Shown here in pieces: positions 1 through 8,385 of a stretch of 64,000 nucleotides of DNA. Where the stretch lies: NCBI GenBank assembly GCA_020629155.1, contig JAHDDW010000006.1, forward strand, positions 48,403-112,402. Direction: 5' to 3'. The notes beneath the pieces are model-generated. The model was not told where the DNA came from. It searched no databases and worked only from the letters and a program-made list of their open reading frames with translations. The DNA is from Acidimicrobiales bacterium (GTDB taxonomy: Bacteria > Actinomycetota > Acidimicrobiia > Acidimicrobiales > SZUA-35). Both the position numbers and the translations under genes were made by a program. How positions within the stretch are numbered: position 1 is the first letter of the stretch; each line of letters begins with the position of its first letter.

Positions 1-1045
1 TAACAGGAGTTGTATCTTGAGAGCTGGAACCGTCGAGGCAAGTGGTTATCTGCGTTATTTCACGTTCTTCAGGTTTGGTGAGTGTGGACGGTATTGTTTG
101 CACGTTTGTTGCAGATCCCACGTTTTTGCCGTCAAGTATGATGCTCCATGAACCTGTAGAAGTTTGAGAAAGCGCAATATCGAGTTTGATCGTATGGCGT
201 CCTGGTTCTAATCGTGTCGGCAATTCCCAGAGGGTAAGATTTTCGTTTCGTTTATGCTCACTGTCGAGGCGAAGAAGTTTATCCGAATTGTAGATCACAA
301 GACCTAAACGCCACTCGTCGGTTTCGTCAGAACCCAGTTTCTGGTCGGTGCCGTTGATGAAGTCTGCATAATTGTCGAAGGACAGTATACGTATAAACGC
401 CTCTTGCTTGTCGTAAAAATCTGCAGGAATTTCAAAATCTAGTTCGGCAGAGATCGTTTTGGTAAGTGCCAATTTATCTTCATTCGGAAGGCTTCGGCGC
501 AGGCGTGCGTAGTGGTACAACGAGTCATACCCTCCGACAGTGCATTCAAAATAGTCTGCTGAGCGTGTCACCGTTTCTTGGCTACCAGATGTTTGAATGT
601 ACCACCCCGAGTAGCCGCTCGGCGAAAATGAGTTGCTAAACGTTGGACCGATTGGGTTTGGCGTCGTAATCGAATCGGTTGTCTGTGTTGTTTTAGCTGG
701 CGAGGTTGCCGCTTGTGTCGAAGTCAGCGGGTTTGACTCGTCTGAATTTGTGGAGTTTGAAAGGTTCGTCGTTAACTTCTCATCCAACTGGTCTTTGTTG
801 GGTTTCTCCCCAGACAAGGTCGACGTCGTTTCAGTATTGCTAATAAACCCCTCCAAGAGAGAATTTTTCTGTTCTTGAGTTTGAGGCACAGAAAGTTCTA
901 TATCAGGCTCGTCTGCATCTGCCTGGAGTCTGCTGGTGAGGCCATTTGGACTGCTAAGCATGACGGGGACAACAATAACAAACAGTACAAGCAGAAACAC
1001 AATAGTTGCTTTCACCGCTATCTTGTTGACGCCGCCTACGTACAT
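1..1045 (-). CDS. membrane-anchored secreted protein, function unknown (C-terminus lies beyond the window edge)
   Basis: Absent from the supplied track because it runs off the edge. The reverse strand is open from ATG (complement of 1043-1045) to the window start. Translation MYVGGVNKIAVKATIVFLLVLFVIVVPVMLSS... gives one N-terminal TM helix, then an S/T/P-rich linker, then a globular part (YFECTVGGYDSLYHYARL, WRLGLVIYNSDKLLRLDSEH). Track ORFs 633-878 and 875-1063 (+) are antisense shadows. Confidence 0.55.
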   Translation of the reverse strand, partial: MYVGGVNKIAVKATIVFLLVLFVIVVPVMLSSPNGLTSRLQADADEPDIELSVPQTQEQKNSLLEGFISNTETTSTLSGEKPNKDQLDEKLTTNLSNSTNSDESNPLTSTQAATSPAKTTQTTDSITTPNPIGPTFSNSFSPSGYSGWYIQTSGSQETVTRSADYFECTVGGYDSLYHYARLRRSLPNEDKLALTKTISAELDFEIPADFYDKQEAFIRILSFDNYADFINGTDQKLGSDETDEWRLGLVIYNSDKLLRLDSEHKRNENLTLWELPTRLEPGRHTIKLDIALSQTSTGSWSIILDGKNVGSATNVQTIPSTLTKPEEREITQITTCLDGSSSQDTTPV

Positions 1046-1227
1046 ACTAAGATTCTAGCCTGAATAACTACGGTTTTAGCATCGAAAGGGTTGGAGTAAC
1101 ACGCAAGTTGTAGTGATCAAGCCGAGGCCTTCGGCGCAGCCAAATATAATCTTTTGTTTCTAGAAATAAAGTGTTATAAGTTCTGAGTGGTTCAGTTCGG
1201 TTCAGCGTCACTAACATATTTCTGTGA

Positions 1228-1662
1228 CAGTTTAAGGAGCTGGTAGCAAACGTAGAAAATGGCCGCACTGTTTACCAGGAGGTTCAGTTTCTACTTGAAG
1301 CACTTGCAGAGTATGGCCATGAGATTGAAAGTCATGATCATTTCGCTGCCAGTAAACCGCTACTCGGTTCAAGACCTTGGGAGGTGTTCACCTTGCGGCG
1401 TACACCTCCGACGATTTACACTCCTAACGCTACGGGCGAACCTGTGTTGCGTGTCCCTTATCTTTGGTTTCGAGATACCGATACAGGAGACGAGATAGCT
1501 GTTGTACTTTTCATCGCCGACAAGTCCGACTGTGAAGACCAAGATAAGTGGTACGAACAACTCGCTGAGCAAGTCACCATTGTTGCTAACCAATGGAGAA
1601 AAGATCACCCAACTCACAGGCCCCTATCGATTCACGCTATTGGAAAGGCGAAAGATTCATGA
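1228..1662 (+). pseudogene. RelE/HigB (Gp49-like) family toxin with no usable in-frame start codon
   Basis: This frame is open over 1228-1662 and reads ...VYQEVQFLLEALAEYGHEIESHDHF..SRPWEVFTL..LRVPYLWFRDTDTGDEIAVVLFIADKSD..., which is RelE/HigB-like. Its TGA overlaps the antitoxin ATG (ATGA at 1659-1662). The first in-frame ATG/GTG/TTG is GTG 1384, which would remove the N-terminal third. ATG 1259 is in another frame. Confidence 0.5.
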
Positions 1663-2027
1663 AACCACTCAACGAAATAATCCCTGCAAACCCGCTAGAC
1701 ATAGCAGTCGAATCGGGCGACGGCACCACGGAAACGCTTGCTCTGTTTAAACAGCTCAGGCAAGACCCGCAGTACGCTGCCGAGCTTGACCAAGCAGCAG
1801 CGAACTTAGCAACGTTGCAAGACCTTCGTCGAGCTGCCGGGATGACCCAAGAAGACGTCGCCGAGAAGCTAGAGAAGAAGCAAGAAACCATCTTGGCGTT
1901 CGAGCGCAACCCTAACCCGAAGTTGAACAGCCTTGCGGACTACATCTCGGAGCTTGGTGGTCAACTTGTGGTGCTTGCCGTGTTCGACGGGAAAACTGAA
2001 CAACTCACCTTCCAACCCAAAATCTAA
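1659..2027 (+). CDS. XRE-family helix-turn-helix antitoxin (HigA-like)
   Basis: The HTH segment AGMTQEDVAEKLEKKQETILAFERNPNPKLNSLADYISELGG is XRE-type. ATG 1659 overlaps the upstream toxin stop. Toxin-first gene order is the HigBA arrangement. The track start at 1593 is in frame but overlaps the toxin. Confidence 0.7.
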   Translation: MKPLNEIIPANPLDIAVESGDGTTETLALFKQLRQDPQYAAELDQAAANLATLQDLRRAAGMTQEDVAEKLEKKQETILAFERNPNPKLNSLADYISELGGQLVVLAVFDGKTEQLTFQPKI

Positions 2028-2072
2028 ATTAGTCTGGGTCGATATTGGTAACCCAGGCGGTTCTAGTTGTCG

Positions 2073-2112
2073 AGATGGCCTTAGGGGCATCTGCTGGGCG
2101 TTCTCTAGCAGG
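2073..2112 (+). repeat. compact copy (K) of the recurrent intergenic element
   Basis: AGATGGCC-ttag-GGGCATCT forms a hairpin (7 of 8 pairs). It is followed by GCTGGGCGTTCTCTAGCAGG, which resembles GCTTGGGCCGTTCCACGGAGG of copy B. Confidence 0.35.
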
Positions 2113-2372
2113 TCGTCTAATGTATTTCGACGCTTCGAAGATCGGCCTGTTTTAGACGCTATACCATCAGTTCTGCGGCAGCGTACATGGCGTCATATTT
2201 ATGGGCAACGCTCTCCTCTATGTCGCTACTGTTGAGACTGTGTTTGGCGCCCAGGGCGACCTGATACCGCAGTTCGAGTTGAAGAACCCAGCCGAACGAG
2301 GCGGAGTCATGGGAACTACGATTGAAGTAGCGCTGGCCAGCCCGATTAGGCCTCTGACCAGGGCTTATAGCG

Positions 2373-2445
2373 TGCGCCCCCTGGGACTTGAACCCAGAAC
2401 CTGCGGATTAAGAGTCCGATGCTCTGCCAATTGAGCTAGAGGCGC
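2373..2445 (-). tRNA. tRNA-Lys (anticodon CTT)
   Basis: The reverse strand reads GCGCCTC-TA-GCTC-AATTGGCA-GAGC-A-TCGGA-CTCTTAA-TCCGC-AGGTT-CTGGG-TTCAAGT-CCCAG-GGGGCGC-A. This is a 73-nt cloverleaf with U33 and A37. CCA is not encoded. Confidence 0.9.
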
Positions 2446-2464
2446 TTGTCTTTGTATTTTTGAG

Positions 2465-2540
2465 GGTGACCGAGGGGATTTGAACCCCCGACATCCAGGA
2501 TCACAACCTGGCGCTCTAACCGGGCTGAGCTACGGCCACC
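2465..2540 (-). tRNA. tRNA-His (anticodon GTG) with encoded G-1
   Basis: The reverse strand reads G-GTGGCCG-TA-GCTC-AGCCCGGTTA-GAGC-G-CCAGG-TTGTGAT-CCTGG-ATGTC-GGGGG-TTCAAAT-CCCCT-CGGTCAC-C. The extra 5' G pairs with C73, a tRNA-His hallmark. Confidence 0.9.
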
Positions 2541-2671
2541 AAGACTATGCAATGGTATCTTATCTTTAGTGGAATTGTCGCCACTATTTTCTAAAAAATT
2601 TGTTTTCTAAGTAGCTATTTGTCGAAGTTTCAACATTGGGTAAGGTTTTTGTGACGTAAGTCTCTTTTGGG

Positions 2672-3664
2672 GTGGTGATAGTGTTACAAACCTATTACCG
2701 TATAGATGTGGAGAAAAAGTATGGATCATCTTGGAAGAACACTGTCTCGTCTTCTATCAAAACTGTACGGCATAATCAGAACCTAAAACCGCAACTCGCT
2801 GTTGCTCTTGTTCTCGTCCTTGTAGTCGGCACTGTGGTGTATTTCCAAGGTGGGCGTTCTGCTCAAGATCAGATTAGTCTTGCAGACGAATCTGTATCCG
2901 TTCTAGGTGAAGACGTCGTGAGTACCCAGGCAGCAACCTCAACCACGCTAGCTATAAACCCTCTATCCCAGCCAACAGGGACGCTTGTGGAAAGCACAAC
3001 AACCACAGGTGAAGAATCAGCTTCTACTGAAATCTCAAAACAAAAACCTGTCGGTTACCCGCCTTCTCCCAAACGAACACAATGCCAGAGCTATTATGGT
3101 GCCTCAGTCGCTAATGTGGCTTTTGCTCAAATGACAGAGAACGAAGAGACAACAACAACCGAAGCTCAAACAACCACAACAGAAGCTGAAACAACTACAA
3201 CGGCAAAACCCACTACAACACAGGCACCTACTACATCAGAGCCAACAACAACTAAAGCGCCTACGACTAAAGCACCTACAACGACGGCGAGGCCGACCAC
3301 GACACAAGCTCCAGCGACAACCGCAGCTCCAACAACAGCACAACCTGCGACAACTAACCCACACCCAAGCGGCTGGGTAAACGCAGGTCATAATGTGTAT
3401 GTTCCCAAAGTTTTAATCGTTATACGATGTTGTGAATCTACAGGCAATTACACTGCCGCAAATGCTCATTCAACAGCACGAGGCGCCTATCAATTCCTAA
3501 CAGGAAGTTGGGCTTACTATGGCCACAAAGATCGCTATGGTGCCAGCCAAGCGCATCTAGCATCTCCAGCGCAACAAGATGAAGCAGCGCTGAAAACTTG
3601 GGAACGAGACGGCACTCGTCCATGGAACGCTAGCAAAGCTTGCTGGGGACAAAACCCTGTTTGA
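2672..3664 (+). CDS. membrane-anchored secreted protein with a C-terminal transglycosylase-like (Rpf/SLT-like) domain
   Basis: A TM helix (LAVALVLVLVVGTVVYF) is followed by a long T/P/A-rich linker. The C-terminal segment CCESTGNYTAANAHSTARGAYQFLTGSWAYYG...WNASKACW resembles the CESGGN...YQF..STW transglycosylase-like signature. The exact start is uncertain (GTG 2672 or a downstream codon). Confidence 0.65.
   Translation: MVIVLQTYYRIDVEKKYGSSWKNTVSSSIKTVRHNQNLKPQLAVALVLVLVVGTVVYFQGGRSAQDQISLADESVSVLGEDVVSTQAATSTTLAINPLSQPTGTLVESTTTTGEESASTEISKQKPVGYPPSPKRTQCQSYYGASVANVAFAQMTENEETTTTEAQTTTTEAETTTTAKPTTTQAPTTSEPTTTKAPTTKAPTTTARPTTTQAPATTAAPTTAQPATTNPHPSGWVNAGHNVYVPKVLIVIRCCESTGNYTAANAHSTARGAYQFLTGSWAYYGHKDRYGASQAHLASPAQQDEAALKTWERDGTRPWNASKACWGQNPV
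3147..3358 (+). repeat. coding low-complexity repeat (TTTT-E-A / PTTT-K/Q-A units)
   Basis: The translation reads ETTTTEAQTTTTEAETTTTAKPTTTQAPTTSEPTTTKAPTTKAPTTTARPTTTQAPATTAAPTTAQPATT. The DNA is an imperfect ACA/ACC-rich tandem stretch inside CDS 2672-3664. Confidence 0.8.
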
Positions 3665-3816
3665 TCGCCCTAGCAAGTATTGTTTATCTTTGAATACCAA
3701 GTGCCAATACGGTGAGTATTGCTAGGAATCGTCACCGAATGTTGACGGACAGGTATGCCTGTAGAAAACAACGTGGTGTGGCTACAGGCCGACAGAGCTG
3801 GGATAACAAAAACGTT

Positions 3817-5115
3817 TTAGTCAGCGTCTGCCCAGAAAGCATCAGCACCTAAAGCCTGTAGGTTCTCTACAAAGTTAGGGTGTGCTCGACGAACAGGGTC
3901 GGCTTTATGGATGACTGACTTGCCGTCAATAGTGCTAGCAACCATGAAGAGTGAAATGATCACTCTGATAATATACGGTGCTTCAACAGCAGCAGGGCGT
4001 AAGTCTTGCCGACCGCTGATAATCACACGGTGAGGATCACAGACAGTCAGGCGTGCACCAAACTTTTGCAGCTCAGGAAGCCAACCCATAGCGCCTTCAT
4101 ACACCTTGTTCCAGAAAAGCGTCTCACCTTCAGCCACAGCACCAAGCGCCATGACGATAGGAAGCAAATCAACTGGAAAATATGGCCAAGGAGCACCTTC
4201 CACTTTAGGGAGAAGGTGGTCAGAAAGCGGCTCTTGAATCTTGAGCTGGCTGCCAGCCTGAACATAGGACCCTTTATCGTCATTAAGTACTTCAATGCCG
4301 AACTTAGAGAACGTACGGAACATAAGCGGGAAATGTTCATGCTGGTTATGTTCAACACGAACTTCGCCGCCAGTGATCGCGCCGATGCCAAGAAAGGTGA
4401 GCACCTCATGATAATCGTCACTAACAGTTACATCACAGCCAGAAAGTTTATCGACACCTTCAACGGTAAGAACTGACGTGCCGATGCCATCGATTTTTGC
4501 TCCCATGGCCACAAGGGCTTTGCAAAGGTCTTGCACATGAGGTTCGCTTGCCGCGTTCATTAACGTTGATCGGCCTGGCGTTGCAGCAGCACACATTAGA
4601 AAGTGTTCGGTTGTTGTCACCGATGCATAGTCCATCCAATGGTGAAACGGCTGAAATTTTTTATCCATTGTGAGTAAACGTTCGCTTGACCAGTCAACAT
4701 CAACACCAAAACCAGCAAGTACTTCAAGGTGCGGGTCAACTTCTCGTGCTCCTAGCGAGCAGCCAGTCGTGTCATGCTTAACACAAACACGTCCGACTCT
4801 ACTAAGTAGCGGTCCAAAGAGCATAACTGAGCTTCGCATACCCTCAGGCAGGTTGTTTATTTCACCATCGCCGAGCCCGTCATGGCGCACAACTATGGTT
4901 TTTTCTTGCTGGTCCCATTCGCAATAGGAACCAATTGCTTTAAAGAAAGCGACAAGTTTACGGATGTCTGTGATGTCAGGGATGTTGCGAATCGTACATT
5001 CTTCATCGGTAAGGACAGTGGCACAAAGAATAGGCAACACAGCGTTTTTGTTACCCGAGGGAACGATTGTTCCTGAAAGAGGTTTGCCGCCTGTGATGTG
5101 TAGATTTTCGCTCAT
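3817..5115 (-). CDS. murA: UDP-N-acetylglucosamine 1-carboxyvinyltransferase
   Basis: 432 aa. The N-terminus ITGGKPLSGTIVPSGNKNAVLPILCATVL matches the MurA/EPSP-synthase fold signature. The catalytic-loop cysteine is present in TTGCSLGAREVDPHL. Confidence 0.88.
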   Translation of the reverse strand: MSENLHITGGKPLSGTIVPSGNKNAVLPILCATVLTDEECTIRNIPDITDIRKLVAFFKAIGSYCEWDQQEKTIVVRHDGLGDGEINNLPEGMRSSVMLFGPLLSRVGRVCVKHDTTGCSLGAREVDPHLEVLAGFGVDVDWSSERLLTMDKKFQPFHHWMDYASVTTTEHFLMCAAATPGRSTLMNAASEPHVQDLCKALVAMGAKIDGIGTSVLTVEGVDKLSGCDVTVSDDYHEVLTFLGIGAITGGEVRVEHNQHEHFPLMFRTFSKFGIEVLNDDKGSYVQAGSQLKIQEPLSDHLLPKVEGAPWPYFPVDLLPIVMALGAVAEGETLFWNKVYEGAMGWLPELQKFGARLTVCDPHRVIISGRQDLRPAAVEAPYIIRVIISLFMVASTIDGKSVIHKADPVRRAHPNFVENLQALGADAFWADAD

Positions 5116-5196
5116 GAATAGACCCTTCGTGCATGATGAGGCATGGTTATATTCATGCCTATCGACAAGTATAACGTTGCGTTCAGTTGTTCTCTC

Positions 5197-5263
5197 AAGG
5201 GATGTCTATTAATTATACATCCCTTCAGTATTCCCGCTCCGCTCAGGGTTGGCACGCAGCTTT
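5197..5263 (+). repeat. copy A of the recurrent intergenic element (hairpin plus CCGCTCCGCT box)
   Basis: AAGGGATGT-ctattaattat-ACATCCCTT is a perfect 9-bp stem (5197-5225). It is followed by CAGTATTCCCGCTCCGCTCAGGGTTGGCACGCAGC. The copy lies between the murA start and the DUF1501 stop, antisense to both. Confidence 0.7.
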
Positions 5264-5365
5264 GGGTCTGCATCTATGAAATCATTCAGTAGACAAACAT
5301 ATTGCATGCGTTAAATTGGAATTCACTACCTCAAATCTTTTACAGTAGAAAAGAGGTATTCCCGT

Positions 5366-6745
5366 TTAAACAAAATCGAGCAGCTCTGGCTCGCCTTCCA
5401 TCACAGCGCCGGCTTCAACGCCGCACCATTTCTCGGCCAAGGTAGCAAGGTAGCTAGAATAAAGCACGTTTGTTCTAAGGTTTCCATTTGCTAAGTCAGT
5501 TAACGAAGCAGGCTCGCCATGATCGCCAGGATGCACGGGGCCAACAACACACAGCGTTGACCCTGCGCCGTGATCGAACCCACTGCCGTTCTCCGCTACT
5601 CGACGACCAAACTCGCTTGTCATCGCAACACAAACATCTTGCTCGCGGCCAATTTCTTCCATCTGTGTTAGGAAATGATCAATCGCGTAGTCTACGCCTT
5701 TCATTAACTGGGCGTGCCTGTTGGCATGGTTAGTGTGGGTGTCAAAGCCACCAATGCGTGCGTGAATAACACGAGTGCCATTGTCTGCTTTGATAAACTC
5801 TGTGGCCATAGAAAGCTGTTGAAGTAGCTGTGTCGGCGTGCCTTCAGGATGAACTTTGGGGTCGAATTTGTATTCTTTACCAGGTAGAGAAGATGACAAC
5901 GAAAATGTTTTTTTCCAAGAAGTGAGCATTTGCGTTGTCATAGGCCCACCTTGGTTTTGAAGCAAGGCACCTCGGTAGTCAGCAAATCTGGCTGCATCAC
6001 TCGTGACAATGTTTAATTCGTTAAAGTTCTGAAAACCAAGAACGCTGGCGTTTGCGCCATTAAACCACGGAGAGTGTCCAGCAACTGAAACGCCAACTAA
6101 CGGCGAGTTGGCGTCATCAAGCTGATCTACGACTCTTGCTAGGAAACCAGTACGCGTTCCGGTTGCTCCTGCCGCGTCACCGCGTTCGCAGCGTTTCTCC
6201 ATATCGAAATGCGACTGGGTTCCATCGTTGCCATGGCCAACACCATGAACAACAGCAAACTGCCTTCCATGAATGCGCTCTAAATGAGGGCTTAAACCGA
6301 AATCGTCGCTGTATGGCAAAACATCAGCTTCTGGAATAGCTAGCTTAGGTCGGGCATCATAGTAGGCACCATCATTGCGGGGGATAACCGTTGAAAGACA
6401 ATCATTGCCTCCTTGAAGCGTGACCACAACAAGCACGCGATTTTTGGGATCGCCAGGAACTAACAGCCCAGCTTGCTCTCGAGGGTCTATTTCTTTGACA
6501 GTTGTTGATGGGGAAGTGATTCGCTGCTGCGAACTTGTACCCACAGGTAACGTGCTTGCAGGCGATGTAGCAGAGTCAGAACTGATGCCACTTTTGTTCT
6601 GTGATAGGGCTAGAAATGCTCCAGCTCCGACCGCTCCGCTTGTGAGTAGTCCAAGTAAGAATCGTCGTCGTGTAACGCTAAGCTTCACCGAAGGAGAAGC
6701 AGCGTCTGCGTTACTGGTTGGTTCGTTAATTTGTGGATCGCTCAT
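5366..6745 (-). CDS. DUF1501 family protein with a twin-arginine signal
   Basis: The Tat-like motif is TRRRFLLGLLTSGAVGAGAF. GGFDTHTNHANRH and SEFGRR are DUF1501/sulfatase-like motifs. The preferred start is ATG 6745, whose ATGA overlaps the stop of the upstream DUF1800 gene. The track start at 6784 is an alternative. Confidence 0.8.
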   Translation of the reverse strand: MSDPQINEPTSNADAASPSVKLSVTRRRFLLGLLTSGAVGAGAFLALSQNKSGISSDSATSPASTLPVGTSSQQRITSPSTTVKEIDPREQAGLLVPGDPKNRVLVVVTLQGGNDCLSTVIPRNDGAYYDARPKLAIPEADVLPYSDDFGLSPHLERIHGRQFAVVHGVGHGNDGTQSHFDMEKRCERGDAAGATGTRTGFLARVVDQLDDANSPLVGVSVAGHSPWFNGANASVLGFQNFNELNIVTSDAARFADYRGALLQNQGGPMTTQMLTSWKKTFSLSSSLPGKEYKFDPKVHPEGTPTQLLQQLSMATEFIKADNGTRVIHARIGGFDTHTNHANRHAQLMKGVDYAIDHFLTQMEEIGREQDVCVAMTSEFGRRVAENGSGFDHGAGSTLCVVGPVHPGDHGEPASLTDLANGNLRTNVLYSSYLATLAEKWCGVEAGAVMEGEPELLDFV

Positions 6746-8304
6746 AATAGGTGAAACTCCGGACTGTTTAGAATGACTCTCCAACGCAAGAATGTTTTTT
6801 CTTCATCGCTTAACGTGCTTTTTTCAACGTCTGCAATCGCAGCAAGTGATGTCTGGCCGATTTCATACAGGCCACAGCGGTCAAGAATGTCCTCAGTTTC
6901 TGGTGTCGTGAGGACAGTAGAGTTTGTTTTGTTTATTCCGAAAGCAAAGTTGCTTCGCTGAAGCATAGATTCAGCGAGAAGCCAACGATCGTCTGGCCAG
7001 CCAGCTACGTTAGGTGGCTCATACAGCCCTTGACCTAACTTCTTGATATCGCTTGTGCTGACTTGTTCTTGTTTGCGGCCAATGGCGGAGAACGCTGCAC
7101 AGTAATATTCAAAGCCGCTGCGAGGACGGCTATAATATGTTTCATTCAGACTTGGATCGTTGAGAATTCTTTTTATGAGAGGTTTCATCTCAAGGTCTTG
7201 CGACGCCCACCAGCTGCCTTCGGTTTTCGCTTTTTCTTTGCTAAGACGAACGCCTGCTAGGTGGTACCAAAGCAGTGATGTTATGCGGGCATGTGTCGCA
7301 GGGTGATCGCAAACACGATCAGCGATCGAATCGAGCGTCCAAACCTTGCTTTCACCTAGAAAGGTTTCAGCCTCTTGATGACCGCGAGCTGGATCGTACT
7401 CAGAAATAAGTGTTTGTTGATCAAAAACGATTTTTGGCTTATGGTTTCCCTCGCCGTCAAGGTCAGCAACATAGATACCTTTAGGGTCTTTCACAAAGGT
7501 GCCATCATCTTCTTTGCGATGCGTAGCTACCTCGGCTTTCTGTGCTTCTTTCCCATCTTTAGCTGGTTGAGCTGCTTTGGCTTTCCTGTATTGGAAAATG
7601 ACAGTTCCATCGACAGTTACGTTCGAGCCTTTCTTGTCTGCATAGGCAGTTTTCCAACCTGAAAGGCCAAGGGCGGCGCTGCGAACGTCTGCCTCGGAAT
7701 AATTACCAACGCCTAGCGAGAAAAGTTCCATAAGTTCTCTAGCAAGGTTTTCGTTTGGATTTTTGGCAGTACTTGTATTGGCGTTAAGGTAGACAATCAA
7801 CGTTGTGTTTTTCAGGAAACCTTTAAGAAGGGTACGGAAATTTCCTAAGCTGTTAGCGCGAAACAAATCGATTTGATTGCCAACACCTATGTTGCCTCCA
7901 GAAGATTGATGTGAAGTAAGGAATGTATGGAAAAAGAAAGCCATTCTTTCTTGGAGCGGATTAGTAGAGAAAATAGCTTTTTGAGCCCACCATTGCAGCT
8001 CTTTACCCTTGTTCGTTCGCTTATAGGTAACTATATCTTTCGGCTTTAGCTCCAGTAGAAAAGGAGGAACCTTTGCTGTATCAAGAGGGCGAGCAAGTAG
8101 TGAATCAACTGCTTGCGCTCTAGAAAGCGACGCAAGGCTTTTAACGAGCGCTTGGCTGTTTGATAAGGTCGCTCTACGTACTAATTGTGCTGCTGAACGC
8201 AGCTCAGGGTTTCTATCCGCCATATATATAGTGTAGAGGAAAACGACCCAAAATATATGACAGCCATGTAGTTTTACAATCCATGGCGTACGTGCTTGAG
8301 TCAT
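6742..8304 (-). CDS. DUF1800 family protein
   Basis: About 500-520 aa. It is paired with and translationally coupled to a DUF1501 gene, the canonical DUF1800/DUF1501 arrangement. Conserved-looking stretches include FFHTFLTSHQS and YEPPNVAGWP. The start is uncertain (8304 or ATG 8223). Confidence 0.7.
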   Translation of the reverse strand: MTQARTPWIVKLHGCHIFWVVFLYTIYMADRNPELRSAAQLVRRATLSNSQALVKSLASLSRAQAVDSLLARPLDTAKVPPFLLELKPKDIVTYKRTNKGKELQWWAQKAIFSTNPLQERMAFFFHTFLTSHQSSGGNIGVGNQIDLFRANSLGNFRTLLKGFLKNTTLIVYLNANTSTAKNPNENLARELMELFSLGVGNYSEADVRSAALGLSGWKTAYADKKGSNVTVDGTVIFQYRKAKAAQPAKDGKEAQKAEVATHRKEDDGTFVKDPKGIYVADLDGEGNHKPKIVFDQQTLISEYDPARGHQEAETFLGESKVWTLDSIADRVCDHPATHARITSLLWYHLAGVRLSKEKAKTEGSWWASQDLEMKPLIKRILNDPSLNETYYSRPRSGFEYYCAAFSAIGRKQEQVSTSDIKKLGQGLYEPPNVAGWPDDRWLLAESMLQRSNFAFGINKTNSTVLTTPETEDILDRCGLYEIGQTSLAAIADVEKSTLSDEEKTFLRWRVILNSPEFHLL

Positions 8305-8385
8305 TCAAAACAGTCATGCGATAGCCGCAGTCGTGCAGCGGACTTTGGCAGATAGACTCACTTTGAGAGGTTCTAGGGAGGTCTT

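Noticed and set aside
633-1063. Two short + strand ORFs (81 and 62 aa) at the left end
   Set aside because: They lie antisense to a much longer reverse-strand ORF with a TM anchor and a structured domain. Their translations are V/F/S-rich nonsense.
2159-2371. Possible tyrosine-integrase C-terminal remnant next to the tRNA-Lys 3' end. The reverse-strand reading is ...SSHDSASFGWVLQLELRYQVALGAKHSLNSS...VAHKY*
   Set aside because: It only vaguely resembles the HxLRHxFAS...LLGHxS...RYxH region. The catalytic Arg and His positions are not preserved, there is no start codon, and the frame would run into the tRNA. This is too weak to annotate and is only a hint that the patch is a decayed island.
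2201-2434. 77-aa + strand ORF
   Set aside because: Its 3' third is the reverse complement of tRNA-Lys (2373-2445), and it has no coding features.
3669-3789. Two hairpins between the convergent genes 2672-3664 and murA: CCTAGCAA...TTGCTAGG and GCCTGTAG-N17-CTACAGGC
   Set aside because: The stems are real. Neither is followed by a U-tract on either strand, and the loops are long, so I did not call them intrinsic terminators. They may still act as processing or Rho-related signals.
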